Shown here in pieces: positions 52,301-64,000 of a stretch of DNA of 64,000 nucleotides. Origin of the DNA: Proteromonas lacertae. Taxonomy: Eukaryota. Under the pieces are notes generated by a model, which was not told the DNA's origin, searched no databases, and saw only the letters and a list, made by a program, of their open reading frames with translations. The stretch covers positions 1 through 64,000 of the forward strand of contig NGBS01000027.1 in assembly GCA_002245135.1 (NCBI GenBank). Direction: 5' to 3'. The position numbers were made by a program, and so were the translations under genes. Numbering within the stretch: the stretch's first letter is position 1; the number at the start of each line of letters is the position of its first letter.

Positions 52301-54903
52301 AATAAATATAATATAATATAATATAATATAATATACTTTATTCCAATAGTAATAAGGAATCTAGTACCATCTAAACACATATCTACAACTCTACTATACT
52401 CAGTACTTCCCAACATCTTATCAAATGTATCAACAAACACTTCCCAAGTCTCAGACATCATAGGCTTGACATGAGCTCGACTAGCTGAAACAGTATCAAA
52501 GTATATTCTTGGTCTTTCTTGTCCATGTTCTTCTCTCTGTTCTAATGCAGATTCTGTTTGTTTCAATAATGTATTCGTTTCAATTTGGAAGGCTTCTTGT
52601 TTCTTCTTAATTACATTAGCTGCTTTCTTTGGTGGAGGAGCTACACCTAACTCTGCTCTTAATGCATCATCTTCCTTCAATGTAAATGGATTTTCTAAGA
52701 TATTATTAAATATATTAGTCATCATATCCACTGGGAAATCAGCACCATCATTACAACCTCTATTATTACGAATAAATTCATCTAAATTCATCTTCTTCTC
52801 TTGGGGAATATTGGGATTATGTAAATCTGTATTTAACATGATAACTGAGAAGGCTAATACAAATGCAGCATCAGCACTACCAAATGCTTGAGGATTATTC
52901 TGAGTATATCTTGCCGAGAATGTTTCCATCATTCTATCAATCTTTTGAGCTTCACCTGGAAGTCTGAAACGTAATAAAAACAATCTAATACCTTCACTAA
53001 ATTCTACATTTGTATAATCTTGTAGTTCAACATAAGCATGTAATACTTTACCATTGAATTCATCAGGTCCTGATAGATAATCACCAATAGCTGTTTTATC
53101 AAACTCTTCACAGTATTTATATAAGAATTGAGCTACATCTTCAGGTGTATTCTTTAATCTATTTTTCTGGAATAAATATTCTAATCCTTTCTTTGGTTTA
53201 TCTTTAAATATTGCTGCTGCTTTCTTCAAATCTTCTTGTAATTGTTGTTTGGCACTTAATCCTTGTAATACTTCACTAGCTGCTTCGCTTATTTCTTCAT
53301 CCTTTTGAGGTGTTGGTGTAGTACTTGTTGAAGATGTTTGTTTATCAGATGGTTTATCCTTATCTGATTGCTTTTCTTGTTGTTGTTGTTGTTGTTCTGA
53401 TTTACTTTCATCTCCTCTTGGTGTATTTGTTGAATTATCTTCAATATCATTGTGAGCTAATGGTCGAAGCATTTCTATTACATTCTCTAAGGCTGATAAT
53501 CTTACCTCATTATCTTGTTCTAAAGTATAAGCACCAGCCACATCTACTTCTTTTCTATTTTCAGCTAATTGACATAAACTCTTGACTATATTGGCAAATA
53601 AACTATCAGCATCAACTACACAATCATTATTAAGGAATATTTCAGTAATTGATCTTTCATCTCTCACTATTTTGCTGAATAATTCAATTGTTTTCATTTT
53701 ATGATCATATGGACTATTATCACTGTTTAAGATAGGTAAAAACACTGATGAAATAAACACTTCTATTTCTGGCATTAATTTCTGTTTAAATTTATCAGCA
53801 ACTACAATAAAGAAATCCAATGAAGCTCTAACAACATCAGTATCTTGTCCCAAGAAATTCATTAACAAAGATTTCAATAAATATTTTCTAAAACATTGAA
53901 TAAAAATATCCACTCTATTAATAGCATCTTCTGCTTTCACTATTTGTTCTTCTAACAATAAAAATGCAATTTGACGATATTGTAATCCATTCTTTGAATC
54001 TAATGGACTTAATGTGAATTTACCTAATAATCTTAACATTGCAAATGCATCTCTATGATAAGGAGTTGGTAATTTATCTAACAAATCTTTATCTTCATCC
54101 TTTTCAACATCTCCATTGACTAGAGCCATTCCTGTAGTGTTTATTTCACTTACTGAACCTCTACGCATTGTGTCTAGTGTGTATTTGAATTGTAAATGTT
54201 TTAATACGGATGGATACATGTATATATCAATATCGGGAATAAAATCGGTTTTTAAAGTAGATACTAAATCTGCTGCATTTCCTGTTGTTGTTTGGTTTTC
54301 TTCTTTTTTAGTAGCTTCTTCATCACCATGTTGTTTGACATGCTCAGCATCGGCTGAATTCATTTTTTCAAATACAAAACCAACTATATCACTCAAGGCT
54401 TGAAATCCTCTATCAATACTTTCTTGTTTTACTAAACCAAAATATATCTCAAATGATTGGCATAATGCTAATAGTAAGGTGTATTCATGGATTTCACAAT
54501 TACCACTTGATATTACTGCTGTTATAGTTTCTAATACTTGAACTGATACTTGTTCTTCATTGAGACTTAAACAACTTGTACATAATCTTGTCATTAATTC
54601 TTCTATTGCTGTTTTTGCATCTTCCTTGTCTACTTTCTCTGATCCTGAGTAATATCCTTCTTTTACTATTTCACCAATTTGTACAAGTGCTTGAATTCTA
54701 CAATTAACAGTTGTTGAATCAAGAGCTATGAAGAATGGTTCCATATATGGTGTAGCATCACCTTTTTTACTGCCAGATGAACTTCCAAGTTTTGGTTTCA
54801 AAGCTTTGGTTTGTTCTTCTATTGCTTTCTTTACATCTTTGTCTTTTGTCCAGCCCGTTGACTTTTTCAAAAGTCCCAATGCTTTATAGACAAAATCTTC
54901 CAT
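49359..54903 (-). CDS. SEC7: Sec7/BIG-family ARF guanine-nucleotide exchange factor; 3 introns
   Basis: FRLPGEAQKIDRMMETFS, AFVLAFSVIMLNTDLHNP, HUS box FLNNDC, DSLKQLSNKFLEKEELANFHFQK. Confidence 0.95.
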
Positions 54904-55016
54904 TTTCTGTTCTTCTGTTCAGCTAATAAATAAGATTCGAGAAACAAAATAAAAAAGATCTCAAGCTCAATACAAATGTGGCACAAGCCTTTGAATCAAG
55001 CTTTCTCTTTAATACA

Positions 55017-57920
55017 ATGCAAAGTAAAGGTATATTTAAATTAATTATTACTTTTAGATGAAATTGATGAGACTAATAATAGGTGGTTCAAAGGCGGATT
55101 GTTCGATGTTGATCAAGAAGTAAAAGACTCAAACTGTGAATTTTGTGCAATTTGTTTCAAGAAAGGGTATATTCATTGCATTATTATCATAAATTAGAGA
55201 AGTTTTGATGTGTGACGGTGGTTGTTGCAGATCTTTTCATTTTACCTGTCTTGGAATGAAAGTATATTATTAATTGATATAAAATAGAAAGAGGATATGC
55301 CTGAAGGTAGTTGGATATGTCCAGACTGCAAATCAGGTAATAAAGTCTCTTATGAATATCTTACACATGGTTATACAGTTTTTGAACCTAAGGATATATA
55401 CACATCTGTAACAGGTATTTATTAATTTTAATAATTTCTATTTTATCGAAATAGAAGATCCTGAAGAAGCTATCTGTCGTGGGTTGTCATTCCTGTATAA
55501 GTTACATGAACAACATCCAGATAATGAAGAAATAGCTATTAAAATAAATCTATTCCTTTTTTCTTATTCAAATGTTGCTAGGAATAGAATAAGAGATTTA
55601 TCTCTCCTTCATATTCAAGAATATGCAATGAAACTACGATCCAAATTCCCACCAATCAAATTCATACCTGGAGCTCCACTCAATATAAATTCAATTTTGA
55701 AATACATCAAAGGAATGTATAAAGTCTATATTTATTACAATATGTATAGATATATAATGGAAAAATTAGGATTGGGGATGTTACAACAATCAAAAGTCAA
55801 TATACTCTCCTTATTAGAAAAAACAAGTTTTGATATAAAATGTTTATTAGGTTTTAATCCTTTAAAAGAAAAACCACCAAAATCAATCAATAGTATATGT
55901 CCGTGTGGATGTAGAACATTTTCATCAACTACAACATGTGTATTTAGAATATATATATTTTTATTTATTGTTAGGATAATTGTGGTAAAGCAATAACTCA
56001 AGTTTATGGCTTGGATTTATATACACATGCTTTATTATATAGTTATTATATAGATTATTTAGATTTATATGAATATCCATTATTATCAAGTGTTATACAA
56101 TATATTGATCAATATTTACCGTATATAAATGATTATAATTGTTTTTATTATTATTATTTAATAGTTATCCATCATTTAGTAAGAAATCAGATGTTGTAGT
56201 TGAAAAACTATTTCATTATTTAGATTTTATTTATGTTTTTTTCAATACACTTACTCACTATGGTGAATTTCAATTAACTAAAGACTTGTTAGTGGATGAA
56301 TACGATTTCTTAACCAATCCAGCTCATATTGAAGTATAATATATTATTTTAATGATATATAGTATATACTGAATTGTAATAATGTTTATTATATATCATT
56401 ATATTCACATCTACTAAGTCTCTTTGGTTATGATAATACTAAATTCATTCAATTAATCATATCAATGCAAACAATACAAGGATGTTGGTCTTCTAAAGTA
56501 TTTGATGAAGTGTATAGAAATACTGAGATGGCTTTAAAAGGATTAAATCAACATCCTAGGTATATTATATATATTATTATATTGTATAGATTTAGAGGAT
56601 TAAGTCCATGTGAAGATGAATTATTTAAATTCTTTTTAAATAAAAGAGTAAAGAAAGAGAGAGAAAATCCTTTATTACCTCCACCATGTGATATTTTGAT
56701 ATGTCTTCCTCCTGAAGCTAATAATAAGATTAAATCACTGTATGGTTTAGTGAAACAACCTCCGCCACCATTGCAAATACAACATATCTCAGTGAAATCA
56801 TCATCTTCATCTTTAGTACAGCAGAATAATGGTGTTAATAAACCTAAACAAGCAACACCATCTCCAACAGTACATTCGAAAACTCAATTGAAATCACCAA
56901 CTAATTCATTAGATTCAACTCAACAATTGATAGTTAATAGCAACAACAATAAGCAAAAGACAGTCAAACCATTACTAAAACAATCACCAAATTCTCCATC
57001 AAAAACCATTAATAAACCAAATTCAAATACTAAGAATCAAACCAAACAACAGCAATCAACTAATCCATTTGATAGATTATTATCTAAACCAAAATCACCT
57101 ATTACACCTACTGTCAATAACAATATTAATAAGAATATAAACAAACAGAAACCATCTATTTCACTTGCTTCTCCATTTAATAAACCATCTATATCTCCTA
57201 CTTCAAATAGTAATAATAACATTAATAAACCAATTAAAAGACCATTTCAATCTATTTCTCCTTCAACTCCAAATCAATCTCTAAATACAATGAGATCACC
57301 TCGAATTGTTTCATCATCAACACCAACCAAAATTGTCAATCCAAATACTATAAATAAAACAACAACTACTAAATCTGTTACTACTTCAACAACAGCTACT
57401 ACTCCTCAAGTTGTATTTTTATTTTGTTTTATATTAATAATAGAAATCATTGGGATTGGCTGAATATAAAAGAAGAAAGCTTGAAGAAATATCAAATATA
57501 GGAAAGAAATATATAGAGAATATAAGTGATATATGTTATCATGTATAGTTATTATTGTTTTATATTATTTTCAATAGTATAAATTATATTGTAATATGAC
57601 AAAACATCATTGTGATTATCCACAGTTATCTATCAATAATATTCCATTAGATAATGCCTTAATAGTTAGAGAGTATATTGGTTATATTATTGTATAAATA
57701 GAACAATGATTAGAGGAGGTTATAAAGTAGTTTGTGAAAATAATAAATGGAATGAAGTAGCAGATAAGATTGGATTACAGTCTGTAGATTCAAATAAATT
57801 GAAAGATGTATATTTAAAAAGTTTAAAACAGATAGAAGAAGCATATCCTTTTTTCCCTTATTTTCTATTGAAATTTCTTTAATTTATTTTAATCTGATTA
57901 ATTGGAATAAGAAAGAATAG
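55017..57920 (+). CDS. PHD finger plus low-complexity region plus C-terminal ARID domain chromatin protein; many introns, the last one U12-type
   Basis: FCAIC...LMCDGGCCRSFHFTCL...PEGSWICPDC; ARID-like PLD...RGGYKVVCENNKWNEVADKIG...LKDVYLKSL. Confidence 0.8.
57843..57901 (+). other. Probable U12-type AT-AA intron (59 nt)
   Basis: Canonical ATATCCTT 5' site, TTCTTTAAT at 57875-57883, ends TAA; spliced ending IEEAWNKKE*. Confidence 0.65.
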
Positions 57921-57962
57921 AAAAGAAAAAGTAAGTAACAATTTGTTTATTTATGTTTGATA

Positions 57963-60693
57963 CTGGGTTGAATAATAAAGGGACAGGGCAGTGGCGGGAC
58001 AAGGGCATGTCCCGGGCAAAAATTGAAAGGGGCGTCCTTTATACTATCTAAAAATAGAAAAGGGTACAATTTGCCCTTTTCAATTATTTTATTTATATTT
58101 TTATATTTTGTGCGATTTTAGGGATATTAAACGCTATAAAAATATTTATTCTTTTCATAATTATGTATTATTATCTTATAACAATAACAAACAATAATAT
58201 TTCATTATAATAATAGCCTTAAAAGTAAGGGCTTTGAGATCCTTCATCACTAGAACTTTCATTTTCATCACTAGAACTTTCATCTTTATCACTAGAATTT
58301 TCATCACTTAAACCTTCATCGCTAGAACTACCAGAACTTTCATCTTCATCACCAGAACATTGATAATCTAAAGTGTCATATGCTATATTGTTATCAATTT
58401 CATTCAGCACATCTAAATTATATTCTTCTTCACTAATATCATTATCATCTTCATTTCTATCTTTTTCTTTGTTTTTTTCTTTTAATAAATCATATTTTAT
58501 TCTTAAAATATTATTTATAGTATTAAGCTGTAATTTATTTCTAATATGATTATGAACTATTCCCTCAATACTAAATGAACGTTCAATAAATGAGCTTGTG
58601 ACAGGAATAGTTGAAAGAATATCATATAGCTTCTTAACATTTGGGTAAAAAACTCCATACATATTGTACCATATATTAGTTGATATCTTTTTCGAAAATA
58701 TATCTGAAGGGCACTTTTTGGAGTATGGTTTTCTTCTTTCAAAATGATATATCTCATTTAATGCTTTCTGATTTAAAATAGGGCTGAATTTAGATAATAT
58801 ATATCTTTATATATTATCCTTCTCCATGTCTGAAAATTTATGTTTACTGTTTATGTCTAAAAATTCATATAGAGCTAAAATGCTGTAGTTTGCATGTCTA
58901 GTCTCTTTTTTTATAATGTCTTTAATAAGTTCTTTTTCACTTGATGACCTTTTCATTAACTTTCTTTTAATTTTGGTCAATATTCTGAAACCATCATTTA
59001 ATGTAGATGAATCTTTGCATAATAAGTGTATATTTGTGGAAATATATTTTGCAATCTTGTAGCATTCTTTAATTTCTGGTATATCTTCTTCCTTTAATAA
59101 TTTTATCTGTAATAAAATTTCTTTATTGAGTAATATTTTTCTAAATACATCGCTATAGCTTGACCATCTCGTATCACAACCCTTGCGTATTTGGATATTT
59201 TTTTGTATAATTGAATATATAGTTTCTCTAATCTTTTGATTATTATTTAACTTATGAATAATGTCATTACACATGACTATCACTTTTTTGTATTTCTCTA
59301 TTTCGAATACTTTTTTACTGATTAAGTTTAGGATGTGTGCTAAACATCCAAACTTTAATACAGGTCTATTTATTTTTTTCTCTAAAATACTACTTATCTT
59401 TTTCATGGTGTAGTTGTTATCACTACTCACAGCAACAATGTTTTTAATATCTAGTTTATACTTCACTAATGTTTGAATTATTAATTCCACTATATTTTCT
59501 GATGTTTCTCGTTTATGTAAATAAATGGATTCCAAAAACGAAATATCACTGCTTTTCTTTATTGCCAAATTAATAACGTTTTCATTGGTTACTGATTTCC
59601 AAGCGTCCACAATTATACATATTTTACTGTTATCTACAATTTCCTTTACTATTCTTTCTGCTTCTTCGTTCATTGATGCTTTTATTTTGTTTATTGTTAT
59701 TGACTTTGTAGTTGGATTTAATGCATATATTAGATTTTTAAAGGATTTAGATTGTATGGTTCTGAAAGCTAAGTTATTTTTTATAAGATATTTGGTCACC
59801 ATTAAGTTTATTGCACGTTCATCATATCTCAATTCTGTAAGTTTTGATTGGATTAGCTTTTCACTACATCTAATTTAATAAATATAATAAATATATTTAT
59901 ACTTTTTGTAATGACGTTTCAAATTAGTGCAATGAGCAATAATCATTGCCTTGCACCTTCTGCATTGAATTCTGTTGTATTTTTCAAGGGGTTTCTTTAA
60001 CACCACATCTTCATTAAAGTATCTATACACAGCATCTCTCGTTTTACCCATATACAATTGAAATGCAAAATGATAGCTCGAAATTCTCAAACCATTTTCT
60101 AAGTATTCAAATAATTGCTTGAAATACATTAAGTAGTATGCAAAATATACTAAATAGTAATTTTGAAATAGTTTTTCTATTAGTTTATGAAATATATTAT
60201 GTTATTATCATAACAAGTACTATTGATTATCAATTAACTGAAAATACCCATTCTATAGCTATACTTCTTAATTATCTATATGATTATGTATAATATACAA
60301 AATTATTTATTATATAAATTACATTTATGTTCAGTGACGTCAATCACCTTGAAATGTACATAATGTATATATATGCATATCAGAATATGATATACAGTAT
60401 GTATATTCTATATAATTAGTATATATGCATAAACATATGATATTATATAATCATAAGAAAAGTAGATGACTATTATGTTATAATACACAATAATATATCC
60501 TTTTTAACATATGTTAGTATATCTAGATGATAATATGGAAAAGTTATAACAAAAAATCAGAAAAAATATACTACAGCATAACACATGCTAATATTACTAT
60601 GCCCGAGCAGTAAGGGGCAGGCTTCTTTTCAGCTGAAAAAAAAGGGGCAAAAATAGGGCAAAATTCGAAAAGGACGCCCTTTATCGAACCCAG
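57963..60693 (-). mobile_element. hAT-superfamily DNA transposon, copy 2 (2731 bp), 8-bp TSD GTTTGATA
   Basis: TSD at 57955-57962 and 60694-60701; near-identical reverse complement of 26683-29389. Confidence 0.95.
58219..60051 (-). pseudogene. hAT transposase, copy 2; single nonsense change AAA to TAA at 58809-58807
   Basis: Same BED/DDE motifs as copy 1; the spliced frame is otherwise open. Confidence 0.88.
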
Positions 60694-60776
60694 GTTTGAT
60701 AAGATGTTTATAAGATTAACAAACAACATTAAAAACAAAAAAACACATTAATATGAAAATAAGTAAGGGGGGGAAA

Positions 60777-61778
60777 TCATTCAGTTTTGGATTTCTTTGG
60801 TAATGGAAAAGATTCACTGTCAATTGAACTTAATTGGGGAATTTTTCGTTTATATTTAGCAGGTCTAATCTCTTCACCTTCTTCACTCTTCTTCTTCAGT
60901 AATTTACTACGTCTCTCATCTTTTTCTGCATTTACTAGATAATGAGAAGTTGCTTTAGTTTTTTGACTTAATTCAGCTTTTAATTTTTGTTCTCGGATTA
61001 TCTTTTCATATCCTATTTAAATAGTAAATTATATAAAAATATATACTCATCTTTTCTGTTAAATGACTCCATTTAAAGCCTTTCAAATATTTCATATTCC
61101 ATAAATCATCATGATAATAACTTCTCTTTTTACCTCCTATCTCATGGTTATTTAATTGTTCAGCGATTAATTTCGCTTTATGTTTATCTACAAATTCAAC
61201 CCAGCCTTCTACATATTTACGATTTCGATTTCCACCTTTCTTTACTCTTCGACGATAACATGATTCATCTTCTGGAACAATATACATTCGATTGATTTTG
61301 CCATATTTTTGTAATAATGATTTCAACTTTTCTGGTTTCATATATGGAGGAATTCGACTTAAATAGATTACTCCTGATTTCTTTATCTTCTTCTTCATTG
61401 ATTCCAACTTCTTCTCACAGATTATTTTCTATTAATTATTGAAAATAAAAAAATGAATACTTTCTCTTCAAGTGTTAATTCATTTTCACTTTCATCGCTG
61501 TATAAATCATTCTTTTCTTTAAATTCATTTTCATCATCCAATTCTTCATCTTCCTCTATTTCTTCATTATCTTCTTCTCCATCTTCATTTTCTGTATCTG
61601 TCTCTCCATCATCATCTACATTATTTTCATGTAATTCATTTTCTTCTTCTTCAGCTACAAAAAAATCATCCTCTTCTACCTCAGTATTAACTTCATTTTC
61701 ACTTTCATTGCTCATTTCACCTGATTGTTCATCACTTTCTTCTATTTTAATATCATTCTTATTCTTCTTTCCTTTCAT
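60777..61778 (-). CDS. ESF2: Pre-rRNA processing protein ESF2/ABT1 (RRM, acidic N-terminus); 2 introns
   Basis: SGVIYLSRIPPYMKP, YVEGWVEF, IGGKKRSYYHDDLWNMKYLKGFKWSHLTE. Confidence 0.93.
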
Positions 61779-62210
61779 CTCAAAAATGATTGAATGAAAC
61801 GGATAATTTTTTACTTAATTTGAAAATAAAAATATGAAGTATGTAAACATTAGAATAGAATAAAACTACCATTAAATGTTTTTTGAATTACAGTTATGGT
61901 GTTATTGATGAAAATAATTATTTATTCATAATATAGAAGTGAAATAAGTATTAAAATGCTATAAATACTTTATATATGCATTAATTGATGTGTTTTATAT
62001 ATTATATTCATTGTGCACAAATAAAATAAAAAAATGCACAATTAAAATATATCGGATATTCTATACATCATCATTCACTATATTCATGCTCACTTTATAC
62101 GTTTCATATTTTCATTAATCTATATGATATCTTATTCTTATTTTATTCAGTGTAACTGATTTGAAACGAATCTATTTCTATATTTATACCAAAATCAATA
62201 TTTTGCTGAA

Positions 62211-64000
62211 ATGAAAGTAATCGATAATGAAATTGGTCAGAATGGGTATAGATAATTATATTTGATTATATAGGTTAAGTAGAATGCTAGTGAATAATGG
62301 TTATGGTGATTTGAAAGTTAAAGTTGGAAGCGAAGAAGTTGTGTGTGTGAAAAGTATCTTAATGAACGGTAATGCTACAATTAAGAAATTATTGGATGAT
62401 GAGAAGCAGAGTGGAGTATTAGAAATATATGAAAAATGTGAAATAAACTCATTTTTAGAAATAGAAAAATACTATAGTGGTGGATGTATGGAATTGAATG
62501 AAGATAATGTCTGTGATATATTGAGACTCAGTATCTATTACAATGATAATCGAATAATGAGAATCTGTAAGAGATACTTAAAGAAACATATGAATGATTC
62601 AATAGTAATAGAAATATTCTCAATATTAAATGGTTTAAATATAAACCAGTTGAATGAATTGAGAGATGTAAGTGAAGAATATTTAAAAGTGAATGGTTTT
62701 AAATACTTGAATGATGGTATAAATATATTTATGTTAATATAAAATAGATAAATTATTATCAAAACTGAATTTACAATCAATAAGGTTTATCTTGAATATT
62801 GAAGAGTTAGTTATCAATGATGAAACTTGGTTATTAAATCGATTATTGAAATGGTATAGAAATGTATTGAAAGAAGAGTCAGAAAGTGAAGAAGAATTGA
62901 ATGAGTTTAAGTTATTATTAAAAGAAGAGATTAATCAATTTGAAGTAAAGAAAGAAGAAATAGAAGAAGAAAATTTGAATGTAATAAAAGAATTAAAAAT
63001 TGAAATGAAAGAAAGGAAAAATCATGTTTATATTAAAACTAAAGAAGTGAATAATCCTAACTTAATAAAGATAATTCATGAATTTTACATAAAAGAAGAA
63101 GAAGAAATAGAATTAAATGGAAGATTATATGAAGTATTGAATAAAGAAGAAATGAAAGAAGAAATGATGAAATTGTTGAATAATGAAGATGTACGAGTTA
63201 TTGAAATAGTGTTAAATCTGATAATGGGAATGAAAATCTCTGAAATAATTCCTAATAAAATAAAGAATAATTTGTTAAGAGAATTATTATATGAATATGG
63301 AAGAAACAAAAGAAATCGAACAATGAAATGTTTGTGTTTATTTGTTGCTGATATTACTAATATAATGATAAGTGAAAAGTTATGTGGAAAAGAAATTCTC
63401 TTTAGAATGTTGAATGAAGATTATTATTTAAATTCAAAGTCCAAAGAATTATTAATCGAATATATTCAAGAAATGAAATTGGGTGAGAGCGAAGAAGAAG
63501 AAATGAGAAAAATAATAATGGATGAAGAATTATTAGAAGAATTATTAATAAAAGAAATCACATCATTTTCATATCCTCAATCAGAATATTCATTTATATT
63601 AAATGAAGAAATCTCAATAATTCCTTCATTTGATGGAAATCGATGTGAATTTTTAATAAATCCTTCATTGCCAGATGGTTTAATGATAGATAAAGAGAAT
63701 GGAATAATTCATGGAAAAGTAGAAGAGAGTTATGAAAAGAGAGAATATGAAATAAGTTGTAAGAATAATCATAGTGAAAAGAATTTCAAAATATTATTAG
63801 AATTTATAGATGTAAAATTTACAGAATTTAACAAAAGTAAAGGTGTATCAATCTCAAATAATGGGATGTTAATAACAAACACAAATAATGGAGATAATCA
63901 TTGTTATTTGAATTTGAAAATGGAAAATGGAGTTTATCATATCAAATATCAATTTCATCAAAATGGAAATAAAAATAATGGTATAATGTTAGGGTTATCA
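62211..64000 (+). CDS. BTB-BACK-like plus helical region, He_PIG-type Ig domain and start of a B30.2/SPRY-like domain; runs off the window; 2 introns
   Basis: YGDLKVKVG...CVKSIL...LNEDNVCDIL (BTB); FSYP...INPSLPDGLMIDKENGIIHG (Ig); GVSISNNGMLI...MENGVYHIKY...IMLG (SPRY-like). Confidence 0.7.

Noticed and set aside
26683..60693. One composite 34-kb transposon
   Set aside because: Each copy has its own matching TSD and the outer flanks do not match each other.
1..64000. Stop codons created by polyadenylation (known in Blastocystis)
   Set aside because: TGTTT(A/G)TT-like motifs follow several genes, but every complete model here has a genome-encoded stop.
1..64000. Alternative genetic code or stop-codon readthrough to explain fragmented ORFs
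   Set aside because: In-frame stops fall inside small introns; spliced models read in the standard code and use TAA, TAG and TGA as stops.

Overview
Very AT-rich, gene-dense eukaryotic nuclear DNA with many tiny (about 22-45 nt) GT-AG introns starting GTAT. The ORF track therefore fragments nearly every gene, and the models below were spliced by hand. Intron size, AT-AC introns, TGTTT(A/G)TT-like 3' motifs and a He_PIG-type Ig domain fit a Blastocystis-like stramenopile; this is inference, not proven. The window holds about 21 protein genes: mitochondrial bL27, Rab-GDI, an Asn-rich surface protein, two BTB proteins, duplicated Pirh2, Cwc2, HAL2, a membrane-anchored cathepsin, DZIP1-like, ABCG, ABCA, a TPR protein, Rer1, SLC35F6-like, FHIP, Sec7/BIG, PHD-ARID, ESF2 and two kinase-repeat genes. 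It also has an unusual intron-containing tRNA-Arg, two near-identical hAT transposons with 8-bp TSDs (one truncates the DZIP1-like gene) and a 2-kb inverted duplication. Most interesting: (i) two related degenerate-kinase genes carrying exon-modular repeat arrays, one with 14 exactly 111-nt phase-0 TPR exons and one with RI-type LRR exons in 84-nt phase-1 register, a candidate exon-shuffled innate-receptor family; (ii) three minor-spliceosome-type introns (one AT-AC, two AT-AA) with a deviant consensus; (iii) a tRNA with an intron at the anticodon and a mismatched 5' acceptor end. Several 1-2 nt frameshifts, clustered in the first 4 kb, are probably assembly errors.
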